From the NCBI GenBank assembly GCA_905202055.1, contig CAJKQK010000003.1, positions 1,264 to 65,263 of the forward strand: DNA of 64,000 bases, read 5' to 3'. Below are positions 1 through 8,328 of this stretch, in pieces. The first letter of the stretch is position 1, and every line of letters starts with the position of its first letter. The DNA is from an uncultured Oxalobacter sp. (lineage in GTDB: Bacteria > Pseudomonadota > Gammaproteobacteria > Burkholderiales > Burkholderiaceae_D). The position numbers and the translations under genes were made by a program. Below the pieces are notes generated by a model. That model was given only the letters and a program-made list of their open reading frames with translations, was not told where the DNA came from and ran no database searches.

Positions 1-1413
1 CGTATTTATGAATTCATCAGCGAGGCAAAAATATACAAGGACTCACTTGAAAAACTGGTCAAAGACATTGTGACCAAAAAGCAAGGGACTATTCCTCAAC
101 TGACCGCTGCGGCGTCTCTTGAAATTCCGACAGGAACCGAAGCAGTCATTCAGTTCGCGCCGAACATTGCATTAAATCACAATAAAGAAAAAGTCGATGA
201 TGTTCTGGGCGCTTACCTGCTCTGCCTGTATGGATTGAAAGGGGTTGCCGCCTACATGGAACATGCCGCCGTTCTGGGGCAAACCGACAGTGAAGTCTAT
301 AAGAGCTTCCATGAAATCATGAGTTATCTGGGCGACAAGCCGGACGATCTGGAAGAATTGCTTGGCACCGCCCTTAAAATTGGTGAACTGAACTATCGCG
401 TCATGACCATGCTCGATCATGGTGAAACAAGCCATTTCGGAGACCCGGTCCCGACAACGGTCAATATTGCCAAAACAAAAGGCAAGTGCATTCTTGTCTC
501 AGGCCACGATCTGGAAGATCTGTACGATATTCTCGTGCAAACCGAGGGCAAGGGAATCAATGTTTATACCCACGGCGAAATGTTGCCAGCACATGGCTAT
601 CCCAAATTGAACGCCTTTAAACATTTGATTGGAAATTACGGTACTGCCTGGCAAAACCAGCAGAAAGAATTTGCCCAATTTCCAGGCGCTATAGTGATGA
701 CCTCAAACTGCATTATCAATCCTGACATTGGTCGTTACAAAGACCGCATCTTTACACGCAGCATCGTCGGCTGGCCCGGTGTAAAACATATCGTGGGCAA
801 TGATTTCAGCGAAGTCATTAATTGCGCCCTCTCGCAAGTTGGGTTTGCTGAAACAGAAGTACCACACCATATTACCGTCGGGTTCGGCAGAGCCGCGCTG
901 GCGAATGCCGCACCTGCTGTCATACAGGAAATCAGGGCTGGTAACGTCAAACACGTCTTTTTGGTAGGCGGATGCGACGGCGATAAAAAAGAAAGAAATT
1001 ACTTCACCGAATTCGCGCAAAAAACACCTGCAGACACCCTGATGCTGACGCTGGCGTGCGGAAAATTCCGCTTCAACAGCCTTGATTTCGGCAACATCAA
1101 CGGTATTCCGCGATTGCTCGACGTGGGGCAATGCAACGATTCCTACTCAGCTATCCAGCTGGCATTGTCACTGGCAAAAGAATTCAACTGCGGCGTTAAC
1201 GATTTGCCACTAACGCTGGTTGTATCCTGGTTTGAACAAAAAGCCATTGCTGTCCTCCTGACTTTGCTCTCACTGGGAGTCAAGGGAATCTATCTCGGCC
1301 CATCGATACCTGTTTTCCTGACACCGAATCTGGTCAATTTGCTGGTCAATACTTTTGATATCCGCCCGATTTCAGATCCGGATACGGATTTGAAAAACAT
1401 GCTTCATGCCTGA
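1..1413 (+). CDS. hcp: Hybrid-cluster protein / hydroxylamine reductase. The 5' end is truncated by the window edge: the frame is open from base 1, and the ORF-track GTG at 70 is not the true start.
   Basis: 447 aa ORF plus 23 open upstream codons. The C-terminal two thirds of Hcp are recognisable (the motif region [15 protein letters not shown] and a Cys-rich hybrid-cluster ligand region). An hcr gene lies immediately downstream. Confidence 0.88.
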   Translation, partial: RIYEFISEAKIYKDSLEKLVKDIVTKKQGTIPQLTAAASLEIPTGTEAVIQFAPNIALNHNKEKVDDVLGAYLLCLYGLKGVAAYMEHAAVLGQTDSEVYKSFHEIMSYLGDKPDDLEELLGTALKIGELNYRVMTMLDHGETSHFGDPVPTTVNIAKTKGKCILVSGHDLEDLYDILVQTEGKGINVYTHGEMLPAHGYPKLNAFKHLIGNYGTAWQNQQKEFAQFPGAIVMTSNCIINPDIGRYKDRIFTRSIVGWPGVKHIVGNDFSEVINCALSQVGFAETEVPHHITVGFGRAALANAAPAVIQEIRAGNVKHVFLVGGCDGDKKERNYFTEFAQKTPADTLMLTLACGKFRFNSLDFGNINGIPRLLDVGQCNDSYSAIQLALSLAKEFNCGVNDLPLTLVVSWFEQKAIAVLLTLLSLGVKGIYLGPSIPVFLTPNLVNLLVNTFDIRPISDPDTDLKNMLHA

Positions 1414-1486
1414 TGGATTTTTCAATCCGGCTCATCAAAACGTCCCGTAACTCATACGGGACGTTCCAAAATCGGGGAACAATCAC

Positions 1487-2542
1487 ATGACTAACCATGA
1501 AAACGGCTTATTGACTCTGGTTGAATCGGCATTTGAAACGGCAGACACAAAAAGCTTTTTCTTTCGCCATCCTATGGGAACACCGGATTTCAAACCTGGA
1601 CAATTCATCAATATTGGTGTCACGATTGATGGCAAGACACACTATCGCGCCTATTCAGTCAGTTCTCTTCCTTCAGACAAACTGATCCAGCTGACAATCA
1701 AACGCGTACCGGGAGGAACCGTATCCAACTGGATGATCGATCAGCTGAACGCCGGTGACCAGATCAGCCTGCACGGCCTCGCCGGTACATTCAACATCAT
1801 TGATTCCCCATACAGGAAAAACATTATTCTGATCAGCGCCGGATGTGGTATCACGCCAGTCATGTCAATGGCGCGATATCTGCTTTCACTCAATGACGAA
1901 CGCATCCAATCCATCCAGTTCATCCATTGCGCCCGGGATGAAGACAACATCATCTATTTCAAAGAACTCTGCAAATTAAACGAGGCGTACGATAAATTCA
2001 GTCCGGTCTTTTATTGCAGCCATCCCCAAAAAGAACATCGCAGCCTGATCCATAAAGGCCGACTGAATGCGGATTCGCTTATGGCGCACCTGAAGGACTA
2101 CTTCAATGACAGCTCGATTTATTTGTGCGGCCCCGACGAATTCATGGACATGGTCAAAACGGAAATCGACGCGTCCGGTTTCGATATGGGCCACTTCCAC
2201 ATGGAAAGCTTCGCGAGTTCATGCGAAACCCCTGAACCAAAGAGTGCCTCCATTCATGAAGGGAAAAACCATACGTTATCACTCCCGGATTTTGGTATTG
2301 AGAAAGAAGTACCGGACGGGACGATTCTGTTGGATATATTGCAGGAAAACAGCATCCCCATTGTCGCTGCATGTCGCTCCGGCATTTGCGGTTCATGCAA
2401 ATGCAAGGTCGAAACCGGAAAAATACAACTGACAGTCGATGCAGTCGCCAACGGAACCCTCACCCGTGAAGAAATTGACGAAGGCTACACATTGGCATGC
2501 TCCAGCAGGATAATCAACAACATCAGTGTCATCCTCAAATGA
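1487..2542 (+). CDS. hcr: NADH oxidoreductase Hcr, with an FAD/NAD-binding ferredoxin-reductase fold and a C-terminal 2Fe-2S ferredoxin domain.
   Basis: 351 aa. The C-terminal CRSGICGSCKC cluster motif is typical of plant-type 2Fe-2S ferredoxin domains. The gene is directly downstream of hcp, as in the hcp-hcr operon. Confidence 0.82.
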   Translation: MTNHENGLLTLVESAFETADTKSFFFRHPMGTPDFKPGQFINIGVTIDGKTHYRAYSVSSLPSDKLIQLTIKRVPGGTVSNWMIDQLNAGDQISLHGLAGTFNIIDSPYRKNIILISAGCGITPVMSMARYLLSLNDERIQSIQFIHCARDEDNIIYFKELCKLNEAYDKFSPVFYCSHPQKEHRSLIHKGRLNADSLMAHLKDYFNDSSIYLCGPDEFMDMVKTEIDASGFDMGHFHMESFASSCETPEPKSASIHEGKNHTLSLPDFGIEKEVPDGTILLDILQENSIPIVAACRSGICGSCKCKVETGKIQLTVDAVANGTLTREEIDEGYTLACSSRIINNISVILK

Positions 2543-2647
2543 TGACTTGCCTGACAAATTCCCGACAAACTGAAGCAATATTATGGAAGGCATTAATAAC
2601 GGTATAATCGAACAAAATTCCCGAAGTGCACGCTATCCGATCGACAC

Positions 2648-3067
2648 ATGCAATTAACCCAACAAACCGATTACGCGTTGCGCATATTAATGTATGCAGC
2701 GGCACATCCCGAGCGGCTGGTCAACATCACCGAGATAGCCGAGTTGTATGGCATTTCCAGAAGCCACCTGACAAAAATCGTCGCCAGCCTCGCCAGCAGC
2801 CACTATCTTGAAAGCATCCGCGGCAACAAAGGCGGCATCCGGCTCAACAGGCCTGCCAGCGAAATCAACATCGGAGAAATCATCCGCCGCTTCGAGCCAT
2901 TGGCCATAGTCGACTGTATGTCAAAAGCCCGAAGCTGCGTCATTACCCCCAACTGCAAACTGAAACATGTTTTCTTTGAAGCGACCGACGCTTTCCTGAA
3001 AACCTTTGACCAATATACCCTCGCTGACATGCTCACCCCTGCACTGATCAGACAGCTGAATACTTGA
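2648..3067 (+). CDS. nsrR: Rrf2-family transcriptional repressor, NO-sensing NsrR type.
   Basis: 139 aa. It has an N-terminal Rrf2 winged helix (MQLTQQTDYALRILMY...) and conserved C-terminal Cys residues (CMSKARSCVITPNC) that would ligate an Fe-S cluster. The genomic context is hcp-hcr. Confidence 0.75.
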   Translation: MQLTQQTDYALRILMYAAAHPERLVNITEIAELYGISRSHLTKIVASLASSHYLESIRGNKGGIRLNRPASEINIGEIIRRFEPLAIVDCMSKARSCVITPNCKLKHVFFEATDAFLKTFDQYTLADMLTPALIRQLNT

Positions 3068-3116
3068 ATCCATATCTGCTTCATCTTCCTTCCACAAAAC
3101 ATTTCAGCATCGCCCG

Positions 3117-3229
3117 AAATCGGACTTTCCCGGACGACAGATACAAAAAAACCCGCATAACTCATTGAATTTATGCGGGTTAATGTACTTCCAGGGGACG
3201 GATTGAAATAATCTTTTGGTGATGAGAGA
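3117..3229. repeat. Direct repeat copy A (~113 bp, ~90% identical to 7278..7390). It includes a partial tRNA-Thr 3' end (3217..3229) and a terminator hairpin.
   Basis: Aligned by eye: aatcggactttcccggacNacagatacaaaaaaacccNcataactcattgaatttatgcgggttaatNtacttc...gggacggNttgaaataat...tggtgNNgatgagag, with about 9 substitutions and a 2-nt indel. Confidence 0.8.
3144..3179 (-). terminator. Rho-independent terminator on the minus strand (stem cccgcataa/ttatgcggg, then a U7 run on the minus-strand RNA). It lies downstream of the restriction-modification operon.
   Basis: Plus strand reads aaaaaaacccgcataactcattgaatttatgcggg. The reverse complement gives a hairpin followed by a T7 run. Confidence 0.6.
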
Positions 3230-3370
3230 CATCAAACTGTATATATTAAACAACAAGTTACGCAATTAAATATAAAATATGCTCCCAAAATGATTATTGC
3301 CTGACATTTTAATTTTGATCATTTCTAATTTATAGGCAATGGAACCGTACTCTTGTGAGAAGGTTACTTG

Positions 3371-4621
3371 TCATTTAGAAGAAATACATTCATTAATTTC
3401 TTTAATAAATCCTTCTAACGACAAAAGATAAGGCTGAATCTTCTTCGGATATTTCGTAACAATTCCATAGGGAACCACCAGTTTGACATGAGCATTGGTC
3501 ATCTCTATGAACTGGTTTTCCGAAACACCTTCCTGTAACGTCAGGAGATGCTTTGTTTCAATCCTGTCCGCTTCATTCAGAATTTGTCTCCAGCGATCCT
3601 TGCAGGTTGTCTTGACTGCCAGCATTCGAAGCTTTTCAGAAGAGAATGATGCATTTTTATAATGACTCTCTGAAGGAAACAAAAAATCTGGTCTTTTGCC
3701 TTTTTCGGATTCAGGTCCGTGAGAAAAATCCTTTCCTTCCACAAGTCCCTCTTCCGTGAAAATATACTTTGTATGAAGCTCAAGAGATCTTCCCGAACGT
3801 GCTTTTCTTCTCTGGAGAATTGTCTGTGCTTTGGCAAGAAAATCATCAATACAGGAAAATCCCGCTTTGATGTATGGAAGTTCTACTGCGAGTTCAAGAC
3901 TTTTAAAAATATTAAATTCACATTCCCTGCGCCTCATAAGCCTCTTGTCAACAGGGAGATCTGCTTCAGGCCGCAACTTGATTGTATGTTCGATAATTTC
4001 CAAGGCTGAAGGAAAACTGGAAAGCCAAGGGAGAGGAATTTCATGTTCATCCAGCCAGCACGTTTCTTCCAGTTTAGCTGTCTTGACCTTTTTCTTTCTG
4101 AAAATGAGCGGGTGAGCTGCTTCATCAGAAGACCACGCTTTCATTTCCCCTGGATCTATTGAGCCAGTAACATTTTCTACAAGCTCCTCTTCTGCGACAT
4201 CCCGACAAACCCATACACGACAATTGATAGCATTCCCGCTTTCATTCAGCAGAAAAGCATAAACAACCAAAGCCCCCGTATTTTCATGATTTTGAAGAGG
4301 AGATCCTTTTCCACCAAAATTGGTTATTCTGACCTCGTTACGTCCCCCTTTAGGATTTTCATGAAAACGATTGTTATACCAAATAACACGAACCTTTTTC
4401 TTTACATCTTTATGAGAATCTGTATAGAGATCAAACCAAGCATCAGGATTTTTTTTCTTTTTATCATTCAGCGCGGGAAGAATACTAAAAAGAAAATCCT
4501 TCGAAATATAGGTACCCGCCTGATGGGTGTGATTAGCACCAGTGTCATTGGCAGAAAGCCTTTTGACAAACCAAATATGTGATGGTGATGAAACATCTTT
4601 AAGCCAGTCAGTCAGATCCAT
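3371..4621 (-). CDS. Type IIE restriction endonuclease of the EcoRII family (predicted CCWGG specificity).
   Basis: 416 aa. Blocks recalled from EcoRII match closely: RLSANDTGA..HQ.G.Y near the N-terminus, TGAL...AF, KPDFLFPS, and LRMLAVKTTCKDRWRQILNEAD...LFTLQEGVS...VKLVVP near the C-terminus. The gene is very AT-rich compared with its neighbours. It overlaps the vsr stop by 14 nt. Confidence 0.88.
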   Translation of the reverse strand: MDLTDWLKDVSSPSHIWFVKRLSANDTGANHTHQAGTYISKDFLFSILPALNDKKKKNPDAWFDLYTDSHKDVKKKVRVIWYNNRFHENPKGGRNEVRITNFGGKGSPLQNHENTGALVVYAFLLNESGNAINCRVWVCRDVAEEELVENVTGSIDPGEMKAWSSDEAAHPLIFRKKKVKTAKLEETCWLDEHEIPLPWLSSFPSALEIIEHTIKLRPEADLPVDKRLMRRRECEFNIFKSLELAVELPYIKAGFSCIDDFLAKAQTILQRRKARSGRSLELHTKYIFTEEGLVEGKDFSHGPESEKGKRPDFLFPSESHYKNASFSSEKLRMLAVKTTCKDRWRQILNEADRIETKHLLTLQEGVSENQFIEMTNAHVKLVVPYGIVTKYPKKIQPYLLSLEGFIKEINECISSK

Positions 4622-5075
4622 TTTTTACTCCACTAATACTGCCAGTTTCAGTGTTTCCTTTTATCCATTCTTCAACAACATCGAGAACCAGATCAAGAGA
4701 TTTCTTATTTTTACCCCGAAGCGTACACTCCCAAATGCTAAAAATGCGCCAATCTTTTTTTAATAAAAGATTTTTGACTTCCTCATCACGTCTGATATTG
4801 CCCTGAATTTTATTCTCCCAAAACTCCCTGTTGGTAGCAGGAAGCCGGAAAAGACTGCAATCATGTCCATGCCAATAGCAGCCATGAGTAAAAATCACAG
4901 CCTTGTACTTTGGCAGGACAATATCCGGCTTGCCCGGTAATTTTTTATCATTGATCCGGTAACGAAAACCTCTTGCAAACAATCCTTTGCGAACGAGCAC
5001 TTCAATTTTTGTGTTTTTTCCACGAATACCGGACATCATCCGGCTTCGTGTTTCCGGATCAACAATATCAGTCAT
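4608..5075 (-). CDS. vsr: Very short patch repair endonuclease (T:G mismatch endonuclease).
   Basis: 155 aa. The Vsr signature region is FTHGCYWHGHDC...NREFWENKI..N..RD. Its ATG overlaps the 3' end of the methyltransferase gene by 8 nt (ATGACTGA), as in dcm-vsr. Confidence 0.9.
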   Translation of the reverse strand: MTDIVDPETRSRMMSGIRGKNTKIEVLVRKGLFARGFRYRINDKKLPGKPDIVLPKYKAVIFTHGCYWHGHDCSLFRLPATNREFWENKIQGNIRRDEEVKNLLLKKDWRIFSIWECTLRGKNKKSLDLVLDVVEEWIKGNTETGSISGVKNGSD

Positions 5076-6375
5076 AACTGAGCTGTTCCTGAATAATGGC
5101 GTTTTCCTCGCGTTCCTTCAGTTCAAGGATCCATGGCTGCATCAGGGAAGCCACATGCTCCATCAACGGCATGACGACCGAATTGCCAAACTGTTTGTAG
5201 GCTCTTGTATCGGAGACGTTAATTTTGAAATCGTCCGGATAGCCCATCAACCTTGCGCATTCTCTTGGAGTGAGACGGCGCGGATTCTTGCCTTCACCGC
5301 GATAAATCAGGATTTCGGAACCGTCCTTGTGATACCGGGCAGACAGCGTTCTGGAGGTATTTTCAGGCTTCACCACACTGCAACCAAAACCGTTCCCCTT
5401 GGCCCGGTGTTTTTCTGCATAGGCCTGCAGATAGTTCCACAACTTGTCAGACAGGATATATTTATCGTGGACCTTTCCGTTCCGGTCAATATATTTGCCG
5501 TCATCCACATCCGTTTCCGTTCCATCTTCAGGATGCAAAATATCTTTCAGTTTCGGCGTTTCAGTTCCGAGTTGTGGAAGCTGGAGAGCATCCCAGTCAA
5601 AACCGGTTTTTTCCCTGAAGCCGACGATCAGGATACGTTCACGATGCTGCGGTACAAAATGCTGCCCATCAATGACGCGCCATGTGATGTGATAGCCAAG
5701 TTCCCGTTCCAGAGTATCCTTGATAACCGAAAAGGTATGGCCCTTGTTATGTGAGAGCAGGTTTTTGACATTCTCAAGCAGGAAGGCCTTAGGCTTCTTT
5801 TCTGCAATAATTCTGGCGACATCAAAAAACAGGGTTCCCTGCGTGGCGCATTCAAACCCGTGCGGACGCCCCATGGCATTTTTCTTGGAAACACCGGCAA
5901 GACTGAACGGCTGGCAGGGAAAACCGGCCAGCAGGACATCATGATCCGGTATGTCGGCCGCATCCACCTTTGTGATGTCGCCGGCGATATTGTGATCATC
6001 CGGGAAGTTGTCTACATAGGTTTTCTGTGCATAGCTGTCCCATTCGCTGGTATAGACGCAACGTCCACCCTGAGCCTCAAACCCCATCCGGATGCCGCCG
6101 ATACCGGCGAACAGATCAATAAAGGTAAATTTGCTTTCGGGTTTCATCTTGGCAGGTTTTGAAGCAATCACTCTGAGTGCCGGAAGAAGTGCAAAAGGTA
6201 TTTCGATCTGCCCCGATTCCCAGCGCGATATATGACGTGGTGAATAATGTAAAAGAGAGGCCAGTTCCTTTTGCGTGTAACGTTCACGCACTTTAGACAA
6301 TACCTGATGAGCCTCGTTATAGTCAGAAATATTCATTTGTTTTTCCATTAAATCGCTGGGACAAACTGCTGACAT
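5068..6375 (-). CDS. DNA (cytosine-5)-methyltransferase, Dcm/M.EcoRII-like, with an N-terminal XRE-type HTH domain.
   Basis: 435 aa. C5-MTase motifs are present: FAGIGG (motif I), PCQPFS (motif IV), ENV (motif VI) and QFGNSV (motif X). The N-terminal region ~YTQKELASLLHYSPRHISRWESGQ is an HTH. The true start may be an internal Met (MEKQMNIS...). Confidence 0.9.
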   Translation of the reverse strand: MSAVCPSDLMEKQMNISDYNEAHQVLSKVRERYTQKELASLLHYSPRHISRWESGQIEIPFALLPALRVIASKPAKMKPESKFTFIDLFAGIGGIRMGFEAQGGRCVYTSEWDSYAQKTYVDNFPDDHNIAGDITKVDAADIPDHDVLLAGFPCQPFSLAGVSKKNAMGRPHGFECATQGTLFFDVARIIAEKKPKAFLLENVKNLLSHNKGHTFSVIKDTLERELGYHITWRVIDGQHFVPQHRERILIVGFREKTGFDWDALQLPQLGTETPKLKDILHPEDGTETDVDDGKYIDRNGKVHDKYILSDKLWNYLQAYAEKHRAKGNGFGCSVVKPENTSRTLSARYHKDGSEILIYRGEGKNPRRLTPRECARLMGYPDDFKINVSDTRAYKQFGNSVVMPLMEHVASLMQPWILELKEREENAIIQEQLSYD

Positions 6376-6398
6376 TATGTCATGTATCCGTCCCGAAT

Positions 6399-6415
6399 AG
6401 TAGCAATTTGCTACT
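6399..6415. promoter_or_regulatory. 17-bp perfect palindrome AGTAGCAA-T-TTGCTACT, 24 bp upstream of the methyltransferase start. Candidate operator for the methyltransferase's own HTH domain.
   Basis: Seen directly in the sequence. HTH-fused C5-MTases such as M.SsoII, M.EcoRII and M.MspI bind inverted repeats in their own promoter regions. Confidence 0.4.
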
Positions 6416-6572
6416 GATTTGATCTGCCCGAAATCAGGAGAAATACCGGAAGAATTATCCGATCAAACAAGAGATCTGTCTGCCCCGGTCCTGTCCGTTT
6501 TGATACGGACGAATCAATATCCCGGACGGGTGTATCCATAAATGGACACACCCGCCAATCAGGAAACAGGGT

Positions 6573-7233
6573 TTAATTGCAATTGGTTTTTCCCGTGCAT
6601 TGGGAAAGACATTTTCGGCCATGCCTCTTCAGTCCCATGTTGGCGCTTTTCGAAAGGTTCCTGTCGTCCGGCCGGTTCAGATAATTTTCTTTTTCACTGA
6701 CAGACACATGTATGAACCGGTCGATTTCCGAAATAAACCCGACCATCTGGCCTTTCAGGGATTTGTGTCCGGACGCTGCTTTTTTCGGGATTGCATTCCG
6801 AACATGTCCAGAACAATATACTGAAGGAATGTGATGTCCTGCCGGTTCTCTTTCCTGCACCTGAGATAAACAAGGGCCAGCGCCCTGCCTGTCGCACAAC
6901 CTCCGGAATATCCGCCAGCACGCGGAACGTTCCAGTAACAGACACTTTTCTTCCTGAGCCTGAAAAAAGGAAGACTGTGAACGGGCAGTGACCTGTCTGA
7001 TAACAGCTTCAAATACAACATCATCCATCGCCAAATAAGCTGCCTCGGCAACAGCCCTGAACCGTCGCGAAGATAACGGAGTCAAGTTCATGAAAACATC
7101 TAGCGACCTTGATGACTACCGTGCCATACTGTCTTCCATAAAGAATGACTTTCCACATTAATGCTTCCTGTCCAAGTTCTTCATGGAACAAGGCATGGTT
7201 TGGCATTACCGGAAAAGGAAGAATGTTCTTCAT
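6573..7233 (-). pseudogene. Frame-disrupted gene remnant of unknown function inside the insertion. At least three overlapping minus-strand reading frames; no recognisable integrase motifs.
   Basis: ORFs 7021..7233, 6573..7091, 6755..7051 and 6694..6945 overlap in different frames. None has a recognisable domain. GC content looks intermediate by eye. Confidence 0.3.
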
Positions 7234-7277
7234 GATCAGTCCCAGTCTTGGCGATTGCGTGAATCATGAACGGACGG

Positions 7278-7375
7278 AATCGGACTTTCCCGGACTACAG
7301 ATACAAAAAAACCCACATAACTCATTGAATTTATGCGGGTTAATATACTTCTTGGGACGGCTTGAAATAATTCTG

Positions 7376-7390
<15 letters not shown>
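7278..7390. repeat. Direct repeat copy B. It lies immediately 3' of, and partly overlaps, the intact tRNA-Thr 3' end.
   Basis: See copy A. Copy B contains the terminator hairpin at 7304..7339, with a G-U wobble in the minus-strand stem. Confidence 0.8.
7304..7339 (-). terminator. Rho-independent terminator downstream of tRNA-Thr on the minus strand.
   Basis: Plus strand reads aaaaaaacccacataactcattgaatttatgcggg. The minus-strand RNA forms the hairpin followed by a U7 run. Confidence 0.55.
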
Positions 7391-7451
<61 letters not shown>

Positions 7452-8328
7452 GAAGCGTGCATTGTAGCAAAAAAAATGCACATCTTGTCGCTATTCATTA
7501 TATAAGAATGATGTTATTCAAACCAGCAACACAATTGTCCGTTTGTGTCTCAGTGTTTCCGGCTGATGCGGGCAATATCTCCGGGAAAATTCTCCGGAGT
7601 AAGCGGTCACCTTTCACTCTTGCACCTGTCTGCCATAACGGCAGATTTACTCTGTTTCCCTTTTTCTGCCTTTGTTTTGGATCTGTTTTTTGTCGGGTAT
7701 CGATGGATATGAAAAAATCCGTCGGGCCGGGCCCAAAACGCACCTGTTGATTGTGAACGTATATTTGTCATCAGCCTCACATCGAGGCTATATCTGAAAG
7801 CACGTGTCGGATCATCAAGGAACACCAGTGTTACAGCTGCAAACGGCGAGATATTTTTTTCAGGAAAGTCTGAAGTGTCAGAGGGCAGGAATAAAAACGT
7901 ATGCGATCCGACTTGCGTCGGGTCTATACTCACATTCCTGGCAAATCATCGTACTAAATCAGTTCAGGCGCAATGGCGTTATTGATGAAGATGATTTGCT
8001 GGCACAGCCTTGCTATGACAAGGAATAAAAGACGCAAGGCAAAAATCATAAAAAATGAGAAGGCTGTTGTCTTGTCTCTGAACTGGAATGACAAGGAGTG
8101 ATCAGGAAAATCAAAAACGTCATTGAAAGAACTTCTTGCCAGTTTATAAACATGATTTTTTTGCGCCCGTATTTCGAACGGGACGAACGCCTTCCAAACA
8201 ACACAGGGATTATATTTTTAATCAATAGTGTGCAATAAATTTTGAAGCCTAAAATTAGTACATAAATCAGAATGGAAAATTTTCGGTAAACTGTCTGTAC
8301 AATTCGCCCTTTCTTTTAAGGAACCATA

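Noticed and set aside
6376-7277. Integrase expected next to the tRNA integration site
   Set aside because: No translation in any frame shows tyrosine-recombinase (R…HxxR…Y) or serine-recombinase motifs. The region holds only a frame-shattered remnant of unknown identity.
7457-7933. ORFs 7457..7750 (+), 7498..7743 (-), 7607..7933 (-) as genes
   Set aside because: They are mutually overlapping, have Cys/Phe-rich low-complexity translations, no ribosome-binding-site context and no recognisable domains. More likely this is noncoding sequence.
8150-8200. Hairpin gcgcccgtatttcgaacgggacg as a terminator
   Set aside because: The T-run precedes the stem on the plus strand and an A-run follows it on the minus strand, so it is not a canonical intrinsic terminator in either orientation.
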